Part shown: in pieces, positions 12,492 through 28,765 of the stretch | How positions within the stretch are numbered: position 1 is the first letter of the stretch | Layout: the number at the start of each line of letters is the position of its first letter | Assembly (NCBI RefSeq): GCF_025526975.1 | Contig: NW_026515683.1 | Span: forward strand, 496,001-560,000 | Reading direction: 5' to 3' | Source of the DNA: Fimicolochytrium jonesii | Lineage: Eukaryota | DNA: 64,000 nt | Made by a program: the position numbers and the translations under genes | Notes under the pieces: generated by a model | Seen by the model: the letters and a program-made list of their open reading frames with translations, nothing else | Told to the model about the DNA's origin: nothing | The model's database searches: none

Positions 12492-12770
12492 TGTGAAGGC
12501 ATCTGGAGTGGCCATCGTTCTTGTTTCTGAGGGAGATTTAGTCATGTGCAGTGGTGATTGTAGGAATTTGAGGATGGAATTGTCCGAGGAATTGAGCATG
12601 GAATTGAGCACACCAGAGAGAGGTGAGGCGCGAACATCAGCGCGCAATGCACCGTAAATACTCCCAAACTCGGAACTTCGAAAGTCATGACCAGCTTCAA
12701 ACGCACGGACGAGGGCGAAGAAAGGGATCTTCAGGGCCAACACCAAAGATCGAGCTGAAAGCAGTCCAGC

Positions 12771-14686
12771 ATGGGCCGGAAAGGACCAGTCGGCCTGGCC
12801 GAATTCAAAGCCGTTCTGCGCAAATTGAAAACGCCGACGGACCAACGCTTCGGTGAGGAGCCACACCCTTTCGAAAGTTCGGTTGAAACTCTCATGCACT
12901 TTTGGCTGACTACGATGACTTTCTAGGAGTGGGCGTCACTGGAGATGCGAAGAGCATGGCGGCCCTACTCTTGTTGCGCGAGGCGGTCGGGCCAGAACGT
13001 GTGACGGCATTCACTGTTGACCACCGACTCAAGCCAGGGAGTAGAGAGGAAGCGCAGAGGTTGCATAAGACCGTAACTGCTCTAGGTATGGATTTGGGAA
13101 ATGTATCCAGCTTGATGACTGAATGAAAGAACACCTTCGCTTCGTGTTCCGTAAAATCGCTGCCTCACCGATACGCTGTTCAAAGGAGTACGGCACGAGA
13201 TACTCACAGCGGACTGGACTGAGTACGAAACAGGTTTACTAGGGGACAGAAAAGATCCACCTATCCACAACCCAGACCAACTGAAAGATTCGAAAAAGGG
13301 AGATGCCGCACGGGCGAGGCGTCACACGCTACTAGCAAAGGCATGCAGGCACCGCGGGATCCCAGCTCTGATCTTTGGTCACTCGCTGGATGATCAAATA
13401 CGCATAGGGTTGAAACGGATGTCGGCGGGATCTGGGATTGAAGGGTTGAGTGGGATGAAGATGCTGTGCTCGGAGGTGCCGAATACGTTCGTGCCGGCTG
13501 CAAAGAAGGTGCAGCTGCTGCGACCGCTACTATGTTTCGATGAGGTGGGTGCGGGGCACACGAAGCTGAACAATGGGCGACGGTCATGCTGAAGCGATAC
13601 TTGTAGAACCGGCTGGTAGAAACGTGCACGCATTTTGGAGCACCTATACATAACGGACCGACAAATGATCTGCTCTTCATATCAGAAGACGTATGGCTAT
13701 CGCTTTATCTCCGGAAACTAGTGCATGCAGATGGGGATCGACCAGATGCCTCACCGGCGGATTCCGCGCCGAACACGTTCGATAAGGACGCATTTGCGCA
13801 TTTTATGGCCCTCATGAATCAACATCGTGAGGCCTACCAGAAGAAGGTCCGCCCAATCCTGGACGAGTATACCCTGTTCGACCCACCCTCCGGTACCTGC
13901 TTCCTGCAAGTCCGTCCCAAAGCCGGATCCTTCGGCCCGCCCTGGATAAAACAACCCCACATCGCCCTCCGCGTCCTCTCCCGCGTCATCCAATGGTGCG
14001 CCCGCGCCGGCGACAACCGCACCTGGACGCAACCCACATCCATCCCCCTCGACATTCTGTCCCATTTCAATCGGAGCAGGCCTGACCGCGACACATCCGT
14101 CGGCCACGTCCAACTCTGCCGCCCGCGCGCCAACGCCACCGGCGCCTACATCTGGCTCGTCGGCCGCGCCCGCATGCAATCCCAAGAACAACGCAACACC
14201 GCCATCGTCCTCAAACTCGGCGACACAGCCCTCTGGGACGCCCGCTTCCTCATCGCCCTCCAACCCTCCCCACACGCCCCCGCCGACACAACCTTTTACG
14301 GCGTACCCCCGCGCGACCTCCGCTTCGTTGTCCGCGCACTCACAACAGCCGACATGAAATCCGTTATAAACCGCATGCGCATCCCCCCGCACCGCGGCGC
14401 TGACCACAGCGAACATGTACAGCGATCTATCATGCATTACCAGAAAAAAGTCCCGGAATCGTTGCAGGAGACGATCCCGTGTATCGCACTTGAGCAGGAC
14501 GATGGCGATAGGAGTTATGTGGTTGCGATACCCAGTTTGTCGATCAATTTGGAGCCGGAGGTTGTGGATGTGAGGTTTAGCTTTGCTAATCATGGGCTGC
14601 TGGAGAGGGAGGAGAGGGATGTAGGGTTTAGTATGTTGGAGGAGCAGGAGATTGGGGACGATGGTGGTGGGCGGAAGAATAGGTAG
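12771..14686 (+). CDS. TilS (tRNA-Ile lysidine synthetase)-like PP-loop protein with degenerate catalytic motifs (multi-exon)
   Basis: GVGVTGDAKSMA, VTAFTVDHRLKPGSREEA, GHSLDDQI..LKRMSAGSGIEGLSGM, LLRPLL and C-terminal ALWDARF follow TilS order. The start MGRKGPVGLAEF is inferred. Confidence 0.7.
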
Positions 14687-14990
14687 AGGAATGTTGGTGA
14701 TCATGTATTTGACTACGTATAGATTTTGGTAACTGGCATGAATGGAACATGAACCTACAAAGCTTGAAAAGTGCATTCTACAGTAATGTCTTCTATTCCC
14801 ACAATGAATGTTACAGATGCATACAGGATGAGGTAGTTAGAGATATGTGGAGTCGAATACATAACTTGAGGGGAAAAGCTTTGCAATCGACTGGGATCTC
14901 CAGCGCGGAGAAATTTTCGCCGAGAACCAAGCAAGGATTACGCAAGATCAGCGTGCGACTCTGGGCAGGCGCTCGTCGGAGAAATGTGCC

Positions 14991-17207
14991 TCACCCAGCA
15001 GCACTCAACCGCCTGAAAACCCTCCTCCCCCACAACCAGGCCTCCAACGCCCACACCCTAATCCCCACCCTCCAATACCCCACCACACTCCTCCAATACG
15101 CCTCCTCGGTCCACACCGGCCTCACAATCCCCATCTCCGCCCTCTGCGCCACCATCTGCCTCGTCGTCTCGCGCTTGATCGCCAGCGCGCAGTACCATCC
15201 CATCGTGGCCACCGTGCGGAGCATGTGGTCCATCCCACCCTCCGCGCCGGCGTCAGCGACGCCGAGTTTCTCGTCGACGGCGCGGAGGAGGTCGTTGGAT
15301 TTGAGCAGCAAGAGGAGTTCGCGCGGCAGTTTGGCGAGGATGTCGGCGATGGCGAGGAAGAATCTACCGGTGGATGCTTTTGCTTTGATGACTTCGAATT
15401 CGTGGGTGGTGCGTTTTTGCGCGAGGCCCGTTTCGTGGTCGGAGATCACGTCCCAGCTGCGGCCGGTTAGCATCGACGCAAAAAGGCGGTGGTATTCTAT
15501 CCCATCGCTTGCTTTTGCCGGTGATGCGCTGCCGTATTTACCGTAGCTGAACAACTTGTAGGAATATAGGAGGATGTCGGGTTCGTTTCCGGCGAGGATG
15601 GAGGCCCAGAGGTGGGCGTAGTCGAGGCGGAAGGCGTTGGAGAGTTGACGATAGAGGCCGTGGTCGAGGAGGATGATTTCGAAGTTGTGCGGGTTGCTGA
15701 GGAACCAGCGGAGGATGGGGATGTAGGACAGGAGAGGGCGGGGACGGGGGCGAACGAAGATGTTACCGGCTGGGAGGAAGAGGATGGGCGATGAGTGGAT
15801 ATGTGGAAGGAGGAACGTAATCGAACATCGAAGGTACTTACGATGAGGATCACAATGTACAAAACCTATGCAAGAAACGACATTACAGTGAGACCCTCTT
15901 ATTTCTTTTGTGCAAACACCTGACACCCCACTACGTACCATGGAGGAACATCATCTGCGAGTAGATTTTCGACAATTCCGCGGAGACCTCCATCACACTC
16001 AGGTTGTGCTTTCGGTAGTACTCTACATCATCGATCTTTCCTCCCGCGCAGACTGCATATTCCAATCATTAGCTCAGAGTCCAGGAACTCCAGCAACAGC
16101 AGTCGCCATTTTGTGCTTACATTCCATCACCAGCAACCGACGCGCCGACCAATACACCTCCGGAATATGCAATACAGATTGATCCGCAAACAGCGCCTTG
16201 GCCTTCTGCGCATTCGCCGCCTCATTCACAAAATCCAGTTCCTGGGGCAAACTCTCCTGCATCTCCTCCGCCAGCCAATCAAAATCGAACTGGGGGAACA
16301 CCTTCTTCGCTAGGCGCACAATGAAACATGTCGTCGCAATGTCGACTGGCGTGTATTCATCGAGATACGGGTGCTGCACTTTGACGGCGACTTCTTGTCC
16401 CGTGAGCAGGCGGGCGCGGTGAACCTGAGCGAGCGAGGCGACTCCGAGTGGTTGCGGGTTGAATTCGGAGAACATGTCGGATATCGAGCAGCCTAAATCG
16501 CTTTTGAAAAGGGCTTCGACATCCGCGAAGGGTGTCATTGGGCAGCGGTCTTGGAGAGGTCGCATCGTCTCGGTGTATTCGAGGGGCAGAAGGAACACCA
16601 TCGCCGCAATGTGTTGTCCCAACTTGATGTAAATGCCCTGGTTGTCCTTACACAGTTCCAGCATCCGATCCGCCGACCTCTGATGGCACGCACTCTTCCG
16701 CCGCTCATACTCCTCCTTCCCTATTTTTGCCTCGTCATCTCTCAGCGACCACTTGTAATCCACTCCCATCAAGAAACCCGTCTTCAACGCGCGCGAACTC
16801 CGAACGAGGGCAAGAACGTTGTGGTTGAAACCTTCGCGGTCGTACAGGTAGAAACCGAGAACGGTTCCGCCGAGAAACCCGAAGAGGGTGATGAATGCGG
16901 TTGCTCCTCGGCGACGTGGTCGGACTACGGTTCCGTGAGCTGGAGGGTTGCTGCCTCGCCGCCGCCACCATTCTGCTGGGGAGAGTCGTTGTGATGAAGT
17001 AGCTGAGGTGTGCAGGCGGGTCGACGGGACACCGAAACCTTTCGCGGTGCTGGAGTAACTTCGGGTTCGTGAGGACACCCACAAGCACCGAACATCCCCG
17101 ACGGCGGACTGCGGTATATTAATACTGCACGGCGTTGGTCTGCAACTCCTCGTCGTCAGCAACCGGAAAAACCGAGGGCATTGTGACAACGCGAGTCTGG
17201 TGGACAT
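14991..17207 (-). CDS. ABC1/UbiB atypical kinase, ADCK1/Mcp2-like, with mitochondrial-type presequence (multi-exon)
   Basis: NQGIYIKLGQH, PLGVASLAQVHRA, VAVKVQHP, LPQELDFVNEA, GFVHCDPH..GNIFV, IILLDHGLY and PRELLLLLKSNDLLR. The N-terminus is Arg/Ser-rich. Confidence 0.92.
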
Positions 17208-17835
17208 CTTGGAACCTGCGACGCAACCTCAGGTAAGAAGAGATGCTACGAGTCCGCTGCGAGCGCCGTCCAACTTGTATAGGAAACCCGTATTTGACGA
17301 CTATTTTGTATATGTGCTGTGTGAATATGAGAATTACGCAGAGAAGCAGGCCTGCAGTGGGCTGCATGACACGCCGGAAAGGTGGCAACTACGAATCTCC
17401 GCTTCTGGCCCTGTCCCAACTATAACCCCCTTCCGAATCCCATCGACAGCTTGAGCACCCACGTACCCCGAGGAATCCTTACCAGCCACCCGTCAAGCAC
17501 GGTAAACTACCGCTACATAGTGTACTCCGTTGGCCGCTCCTGCAGGGTCCTGCTTTCCGACTTTGCACAGCTTCTTGTTCGTGCCGAAAGTGTCTCCAAA
17601 ACCCAACCCAGGCCAGTCACCTCTTGGTAGTTGGTGGAGAAGGTTGGATAAAGCAAAAACCAACACCCCCGAAGGAGCGAGCCCGGAGGCAGCCCGGAGC
17701 AACCGCGAGGGTCCAGCACATCGAACTCCTGCCGGCCCCGGCGGCGCTCAGGGCATGGAGAACGAACGGACACAGGCGCACGAAGCTCAGCAGTCTCATG
17801 CGGAACCGAAGGAAGGCGAAAACTCCTCCGACCCA

Positions 17836-19100
17836 CACCTACCACTGGAGCTCATCTCACAATCTTCAAGTATGCTGACAGAAAGGCCCGGTACTCGGTG
17901 CTCCAGGCGTCTAGAGGTTGGCGCATCTTTTCTCCGAGACCTATACTCGAAGATCCGCATAGTTCAGCCAAAGTAATTGGAAACGTTGTTTCAGACGCTT
18001 CGCGCTCATCCCGAGCGTTTTCAATGGATAAGGGAGTTTGAGTTGGGGCGAACGGACACACCAGAGGAGGGACCGGCGGAAGATGTTTGGAACGTTGTGC
18101 GATGTACAGAACTCACGTCAATACTCACGATCGGCCACCATTTCGACAGATTCGTATTCGTTTTGTACAACGTTCCCCACGGCCGAGTTCGCCAAAGTTG
18201 CAAATTTGGATTCGATACGGACGACTGTTCTTGGCATCTGATGTGAGCTGTTAGTTCTCTTCCCGAGACGATGGCCTGGAAATGTGTCCATCAACCTGCT
18301 AAAAGCCGTCCGGGAGAAGACATAGCGGTGATGACTGCTCCGTCTGGCGATGGACCAAAGGTGAGTTGCTCAAGTTGTTGGGCCTCATGAAAGCACACCG
18401 CCTCGGTGCCTGCAAGAAAAGAACTATCTGAATGCACCAAGGTCTGTGACTCTTCGAGCGGATCCCCAAATAACCTGCTACTCGTCCATCTTGTGGGAAG
18501 CGCCATGGTGGTGTGAGCTCTGAAATCGATCTCAAGGGAGATTTGTTTGGGAAGCCTGAGGACTTGTGGAAATCGCTCTGCTACTCTCAAACGGACATGC
18601 GAATATGAGAGACAGTGAGTTGAAAACCAGCTGACTGCAATCCATCGACACTGCGCGCCATTGGCTGGGTGGACAATATCGCTATCGAAGATGGATCTGG
18701 AAACCCTCCGGGCATCGTCACCTACACCATCACTACGGGGCTCGCAAAGCGGCGAGTCTTGGTCAAAGAGAACGAGAATTCAACGGAACTTCAACAATTC
18801 ACCAAGGCGATTACTAATTGCTGGTTGGACAAAGGGCCTCGGGTGCAGTATTTCATTTTCAAGATGGAGGATATCGACACGAAGGTCAACAGCTTGTGGA
18901 GCATGGCGCTCCTAGATCTGCCGAAGCCCAAGCCAGCCTTGCCTCCGGTGAACTCAAGCCGGCTAGTCGCAAGGCAAGAGATTAACTTGAGAGGAGAACA
19001 CCTTGAAGTGCATTATCCGAATTGCGTCGGCGGCAGAAGGCGTAGCGAGAAAGGCTATAGGAATTGGGAGTTTTGCGTATGTGCGGTGGGCGCCACATGA
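17836..19100 (+). pseudogene. Probable F-box protein pseudogene
   Basis: Correcting one frameshift gives HLPLELISQ/IFKYADRKARYSVLQASRGWR (F-box-like). This is followed by LYSKIRIVQPK*LETLFQTLRAHPERFQWIREFEL with in-frame stops. The 3' boundary is uncertain. Confidence 0.5.
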
Positions 19101-20167
19101 AAGATGAATGTAGGAAGGGTTCAGTAGTAAGCACTTGCAACTTTAGTCCCAGGGAGCTGTTGAAATTGCGGAATGGATTTGCAACTTCGACAGCGCGTCA
19201 CCTGTCGATAGCCGCCGAACTTCCACAGTAGAAGCGTCCCAATCGAGGTGAATGAAATCCTTGTGCAAGTACGAACACGAAGGTTGCTTGGGTGACAAAA
19301 TCGTCTGGAGAAGCTACAGTTATTCGGGTATGGAAGCAGCCAGATAGCCTGCGAAAGATGGCGAGTCTGCACAAATCGCTCTTCGCTCGTAAAAGTTCAT
19401 AGGGTTCTGGGGCGTACCTCCGGGTTGCTATACATAGTCTTTCCTATCTTTCCTTACGGCGTATATACTTAGGAAAATCTTGTAGCGTCGAACTTCTCCC
19501 TTCCATTTCTGTCATTTTTTGTTGTCTTCCGAAGGGACACTTCAAATCATGCCTTCGAGAAACATATGTATGTGCAATGTCCCGAGATCCATCCATAAGC
19601 GAATGCTCGAAGACCTCAGCGCCAGTACCCTGCCAGTCGGATGAATTAGCCTGCAGAGCCCCATCCCTCCTCCTCCATGCAATACCTGGTTGGAGAAACG
19701 CTGTGTGTGCGAGTGCTGCGGCTGCGCCACCTCTGCGTGTCATCATCGCTTTCTCGCCTCCCTCGGATTCCAGGGGGGTCAGTGCTCGCTGCTCAGAACA
19801 CCATCCTCCGAGTCGGTCTTCCACACGCAAGTCATCCTGGCTCAGTCTTTCCTTGAGAGCCGCTGCCATACACTCGCTCTCTAGCATATAAGGGGGCTGG
19901 GTATGAGCGTCGCCCAAACGCCGCTTGAATACCCTTCAAACAAACCCTATCCAACGACCTCATCCAGGTTAGAATCCCGTTCAATTCCCTTCGACCAAAC
20001 AATCCGTAAACGTGGAACGAACTAAGAACTAGTGACTCTGCAACACAGATAGAATTCACTGAAGCCTTTGCTGTACTTCGGACGCGGAAATCCCACTTTC
20101 GAAGCTTCCAGTCACATCACGGATTTTGGAACACGCACGCCACCCAATTTGAACGAATACCATCACG

Positions 20168-22269
<2,102 letters not shown>

Positions 22270-22833
22270 AGAAAAGAGAGAGGATAGAAAAAAAAAAGTA
22301 GCAGTCACGCCTGCTTGATAATGATAACTATGATAACTTGTGTATACTACCTTGTTCCTCGCGCCCCGCTTTACCGCGTGCCTTGACTCTTGTCTTGTGG
22401 TCGTGCCTTGAGCAATAAAAGCCCATACGTCTGGAATCGTTGGTTGCCTGCGTGAAGCTTGAAGGGCTCGTTGTGTGTCATGGCTACGCGTCTCGCGCGC
22501 GTTGAAGGCTTGAAGGTTTCTGGAAGACCTGGAAAGAACCCAGCTCCAGGCGGTTTTCCCACGCTCGGGCACTTGCATAAACCCCATTCACATACCAACA
22601 CCGACGCCGATACCATACCCGCCGTCGTAGTATCCCCACTGTACGAAGGAGTCTCAGCCGTGCAGGTCGCTGCGCCGGAAGTTTTGCAGCAATTGAATTG
22701 CTTCCTTTTTCCCATCACCGAGATCCCTTTCCCGGGGAAATGATCTGGACCAACCACCATTTCCAACACACATATTCCTTATTGTTCTATATCCGCGCTC
22801 AGTCCTAGTCCACACACCGGTATACCACCTACA

Positions 22834-24822
22834 ATGTTCAAAAAACTCCTCGCAAAAGTTACCACCGTCCTGCACGTCCCCTCCCTCACGCCGCGGTCGA
22901 GCACCACAACCAAGGACAACCGGAACAGCATAACCGCACCACAAGCAGGAGAGGACGCGACACCAAGGGCGAGTACGAGTTCAGGCACGAAGAGGGAGAA
23001 ACGGCTCCTGAAAGAACAGGCGAAGCGGGAGAAGCGGGAGGAGAGGGAGAGGCGGAAGCAGCAGAAGAATGCGAAGAAGGGGAAACGGAAGGATGGGGGA
23101 GGGAATGGAGAGGAGAGAGAGTCTGCTGTCGTGTCGGATGTAGCCCCGCCAGTTTCAGCGACACAGGCGCCGGTAGAAACGGCACGGCCGCCTACACGAC
23201 GGTTGTCGAAGCAGTTGCAAAGGAAAGGGTCTGCCTCTCCCATCAAGACCGGCCCAGGGCCGCAGAACACGGGTGCGGTGGGAGGGATGGTAGCAGCATC
23301 ACCCCCACGACCGAAATACAACATCGCGGATTACACATTCTCCAAACTACACAACGAGGTGGTTGCCAAAGTCCCTGGGGACATCCCGAGCGGGTTTCCG
23401 TTTGCTATCGAGGATTGTGAGGTGCGGGCACACACATCATCATCACCCATTTCCCTTGCGTCGAAGGCACACTGACGCTCCTTCATGTGTACGACAGGAC
23501 AGCAATATATTCATATTCGATGTCACGTCGCAGGTCACCGTTGACGCGTGCAAGCGGTGTTTCATCGTCATCGGGCCGTGTGAAGGGAGTGTGTTCATCC
23601 GGGACTGCGAAGAATGCGTTTTTGTTGTTGCGTGTCGGCAGTTCCGGTATGATTTTATTGAGAGTTATCAGCGGAAGGAATTGAATGGGGATTTGATGAC
23701 CGTTTACTTTTTGATTGTTTAGGGTGGCAGACAGCAGACAATTGCGGATATCGTTGTACTCCGCGACACAGCCAGTGATTGAGAACTCGAAGTTGATTGC
23801 GTTTAGTTGTTTTCGGTATGGGTATAAGCAGCTGGGAGGTATGTGACAACCATGATCGGATGGCTGTCTATTGGCTCCCTTCGAGCGGTGGAGTATGCCT
23901 CTGCGAATGATTGACGAGTGTATCTATCCTCTTTTCTCGTCCTCTTCCACCTCATCATTCTCCCCACCCCGATTTACGAACCGATTTCCACCCACATCAA
24001 CGCACACGACCCAACCCCGGCACGGCAAGATCAGTTCGCGCTCGCAAACCTGCCCACTCTCCTCAACGAGTGGAGCGACGTCTACGATTTCACAGCATCG
24101 AAGGGCAAGAACTGGGCACTAGACTCGCCGTTGGTAAATACCCTCCCGCCTGCCCCGTTTTTTTGGGGGGTTTCACTGACATCCAGCTCCATGATACCCT
24201 ATTGTTCACAGGCGAATGAAGAGTACCGCCCACCCCCACCCCCCGCCCAATCCCTCGTCCACGTCTCTTTAGACAACACCGATGTCGTACCCTGCACATT
24301 AGGAAACCTTCCCCGGAATCAAGCGGGGGTGAGTCAACAAAACCTCCCCACCCCTATCCCACATGCACTAACCCCTTCCGTCCTGTTTTTAGAGCATGGT
24401 ATTCATATCCTTCCTCCCAGACCCCACGACCGCCGACATCCTTCGTCGCCTGAAACAAAAAGTCACCATCGTGCGGATCCGCGAACGGAAATACACACCT
24501 CCTGATATCAACCTCTTGTTCAGTCACCTGGAGGATGGACAGCTGCTCAAAATGGCTAAAGGAAAAGGTAACGATGACTAAATGCAAGCTCCCATTCTCC
24601 ACCCTACTTTTTTAGACTCATATTTTTGATTTCTTGAAACGACAAAACATGACAGATAGGTGTATAGCAGCGGAACTCGAAGGCACGGAAACCAACGCGT
24701 TGCTGATCTTGGAGTCGTCACGGCCGCCGTTGGGGGACGCGATGGATTTGTTGTACTTTTCGAGGAATAGGGAGGCGGCGAAAAAGGAGTTGAGGGTTTT
24801 CTTTGGCGGGAGTGGGAAATAG
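22834..24822 (+). CDS. RP2: RP2/XRP2-like protein with tubulin cofactor C beta-helix domain (multi-exon)
   Basis: DYTFSKL..VAKVPGDI..FAIEDCEDSNIFIFD..QVTVDACKRC..GPCEGSVFIRDC..VVACRQFR, TQPVIENS, QFALANL..LNEWSDVYDFT. A C-terminal NDK-like remnant (CIAAELEG, LLYFSRN..AKKELRVFF) is present. Confidence 0.8.
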
Positions 24823-25201
24823 TGAGGGGTTCTAGTGGGGGGAATAGGAAGATGGCGGATGGATGGTGATGCAGGGAGGCGTGGTAGCAAACGCCGCTCT
24901 CCGTATAAACACTGGACCACGAAGGTTGTATTCGCTGCTGAGCGGCTATGCACCCATACATATAAGATGCAATTCTGAACCGGATCCATCCCGAGAGACG
25001 CTCTCCCACGTTCAAGACGGATTTGAAAAAAAGATAAAGCACCTGTCATTCAAGTCCTACATCTCTACAAACTCTACCTATGCAAGGGGGAGTGGGAAAA
25101 ACGTGCAGTGCAATCAAAACATGATGATAAAACCCGAGGCAAGAGACACGAGTTAATTGCGTATCAGTAAAAACTCCTAGTCAAAACTCCCATCTCTCCG
25201 T

Positions 25202-26950
25202 CTACTTCTGCAACACAGAGGATCCGGTCATGTCGTCCGGGATGGGCAGCCCCATGACGTCGAGGAGGGTAGGCGCGACGTCGGCGAGGGCGCCGATTTT
25301 GTTCGGGATGAATTTGAATTTGTCGGATGTCATGACGAAAGGGACTGTGCGAGGATAGCGGAGAAAAAGTTTGGTATCGGAGGGTTGATCAAGGATAAAG
25401 CGGAGACGGGGACTTACCCTTGTTGCAAGTATGGGCGGTATGCGGATGCCCATCATCCCCAAACATCTTCTCTGCATTCCCATGGTCCGCCGTCACAAAC
25501 AACACATACCCCGCGCGCTTGCACGCCTCGTAAATGATTCCAATCCCCTTGTCCGTCGCCTCCACGCCCTTAATCGCAGCGTCATACACACCCGTATGGC
25601 CAACCATATCCGGGGGTGCAAAGTTGCACATCACAAACGGGTATTTGTCAGTCTCCACAATCTCGGCGACCTTCTGCGCAACCTCGATGGCAGACATCTC
25701 GGGCTGTTTGTCGTAGGTGGGGACTTTGGGGGAGGGGATCATGACGCGGTCTTCGAGCGGGTACTGGGCCTCGGTGCCGCCGTTGAAGAAGAAGGTAACG
25801 TGCGCGTATTTCTCCGTTTCGGCGATGTGGCATTGTGGGACTTGTTGTTTGGCGAGCCATTCGCCAAGGACGTTGGTCATTGTTTGGGGCGGGAAGATGA
25901 CCGGGAAGGGGAAGTCGGCTTTGAACTGGGTCATGCTTGTGATGGCCTAGGGAGGATCAATGCGGTTTGAGTGACTTATTCGCGAGATGTGATTCAACTA
26001 TCAGACGGCACTCACGATGTTCTTGGGCTTCTTGGCCTCGAAAGGAGTGTCCACGCCAAGAGCCTGGTTGATCTCCCGCATACGATCACTCCTGTAGTTG
26101 AAGAAGATCAACGTATCGTCATCCTTAATACGACCCTCCTCGCCAATGATGATCGGCTTCAAGAACTCATCAGTCTCATCCTTCGCATATCGTTCCTCGA
26201 TCGTCTTGACGGGATCGTCCGACTTTTCACCGGTCCCCTCAACCAGTCCATCGTACGCGATCTTTATCCGCTCCCAACGCTTGTCGCGGTCCATAGCGTA
26301 GTACCGCCCGACGATGGTCGCCACGGAGCCGTAGTTGATCTTCTTGGTGAATTCGAGCAACTGCTTCAGGTACTTGTCGGAAGACTTCGGGGACACGTCA
26401 CGGCCGTCGCCGAAGAAGTGGATGAAGGTTTTGGGGACGCCGTAGTCCTTTGCGATCTCGAGGAGAGCGAAAAGGTGGTCGATGTGGGAGTGCACACCGC
26501 CGTCGGAGACGAGACCAAGGAGGTGGAGACGGCCGTTGCCCTCTTTTGCACGCTTGAGCGCAGCCTGCAACGCCGGCTGGTCTTTCAGCTTCTTTTGCTT
26601 GATAGCCAGCTCGATTCGCACAATGTCCTGAAAGCGACAAGATGTCAGTGTTCCGCACAGACTCTGTCTGCACATGGCCACATTGAACGCCCAAGCAAAA
26701 AACAAACCTGGTAAACAATCCGTCCAGCGCCAATGTTCAAGTGACCGACTTCAGAGTTCCCCATAAGACCCTCGGGTAGCCCGACGGCGTGCCCGTGGGC
26801 CTCCAGTTGCGTGAACGGGTACTTCTTCTCGAAGCCAGACATGACGGGGGTCTGGGCGTTCCTGATGGCATCGCCTGCGGGGTCCTCTTGGTCGGAGATG
26901 CCCCAACCGTCGATGACGATGAGACAGGCCTTTTCCTTGGGTGCTGTCAT
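25202..26950 (-). CDS. gpmI: 2,3-bisphosphoglycerate-independent phosphoglycerate mutase
   Basis: [90 protein letters not shown] and TADHGNAE. Confidence 0.97.
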
Positions 26951-27492
26951 GCTCGCTGCTGAATGGAAGTGCAGTGGAAAGTGTGGTGTAAACTGTTTGG
27001 TGGTTATGGGATGAGGTTGGCTTGGGAGGCCCAAGTTGCTTGTGAAGGACTTTGAAGGCGTTGATCTCATCGATTTCCGTCTGACGGCTTTCGACAGCGC
27101 GCGCCCATTCTGCTTCTCGTTCAAACACCCCCCCGGAATTGCAAAACCTAAGCTTGATTTGGCTCCCCATGGACGACATTGCGCTCAGGCGACGGACTGG
27201 GTCCAGTGGATGTGTATCCCGGTAAGCTACTATGATTGCATTGTCGGTCCGGAGCCTGACGGTTCTGCTCTATTTTCGGAGCATGAAGTCGGAGTGGGAA
27301 AGGGTTCATCGTACAATGTGCGACACCTATTACCGACAAACCGTACCAGTCTCACGACAACATCCATAAAGTAGCATGATTCCTGCAATCCTGCAACGCT
27401 GCACAAAATTCTAAGACGCCAACCTTTCTCAAAGCTTTCCACCCTTTCGGCAAGCAGCATCTCAACGTCCGAGAGCGAGGGACAACATCGTA

Positions 27493-28765
27493 ATGTTCCC
27501 CCAGACAAATCTAAACCGCGATCCGCATTGTCGAAGAACTCAGTTCGAAAATGGCACCGTCGTTCTAACGTACGACGGATACATCGGGACCTGGGAGACC
27601 GTGGGGATGGCGTGCACAGGTGTCAACTTATTAACCGCCAATATTGCCATCATGATCATCGCCATGCTGCTGACCTTTGCAGGCATATACATGGCCGTCT
27701 CGAATGGACGACGGAGGTAAGTGGCACGAAACTTTTCTTTCTCTCTTTCTCTCCCGAGGCCAACGACATTGAACCCTTGGAGTTTAGGGGCTGGACGTCG
27801 CACAATATTATAATGGTTCTGGCGCCCGTCACCCTCTTGGTTGGGCAGGTGAGGCCTTTCTGGATGGCGCCTTTACTGCTGTAAATGCATTTTCCCGCTT
27901 TCCATTTGCTGACTGCTCATAATAATTCTAGGTAATCGAGCTTTGGTTCTGCATTGACTGGTATCAGTTGTGGGGCCATCCAAACTTTGCGCACATCACC
28001 AAAGGTACGAAGCAACCAGTAAAGCTCTGCATTCCCAAGCTTCTGCCCCTTTTCATTGAACACGTTCGCTCGTTCATAGTGTTCTGGTTCCTTGGAAGCA
28101 CTGCACTCACCGTGGTGCAGCGCAATCGGATCGAGTTCATTCTGATCGCAACTAACAGACCTCGGCATTGGGACAAGGCTATCGTCGGTGCGCTCGTCAG
28201 CCATTGTTTGCTGTTTGCCAGCACGTCGATGGTAGCGTTTCTCATCGGCACGACGCATGGCCCACAGGCCGTACCTTTCCACTACTCAATTCCCATCGTC
28301 CTCGTGTTCGTCCTCGTCGGGGTAGTCGACACCGCACTAAGCGTCGCCACCGTAAACATCTGCGCCAACTACGACGCGATGATACGGGCCTTGGGAAAAT
28401 CCTCCTCCACGTCCGTATCCAGTCGGCAAGTCCAGAAAACCGCGCGGGCCATCCGATTCCCAGCCATATGCCAATTGATCGCCGACGGCACGTTTTCCTG
28501 TCTCTACTTGATCGGAGCTTCCGGCCAGGTAGGTTACACCCTGAGCCAAATGTCCGTGCTGGGCCCGCCTCTACAATACCTGTTCCTCCTGTTCTCCTTG
28601 GAATGCCTGAAACGGGCCCAAACGCATTCCGGGAAAAATACGGCGTCAAATTATGCCCAGAGCCTAGCAACCGCTTCGCAGACTGGGGATCTCCTGCCTT
28701 CGGACGGAAAGGACCCGGCGGCGGCGCCGCTGCAGCCACGGCTTCCGATCGTCCGGCTTTCATAG
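27493..28765 (+). CDS. Hypothetical polytopic membrane protein with about 7 TM helices (GPCR-like topology)
   Basis: Spliced ORFs give about seven hydrophobic segments (IAIMIIAMLLTFAGIYMAV ... LGPPLQYLFLLFSLECL) and a polar C-terminal tail. No family motif recognised. Confidence 0.55.
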
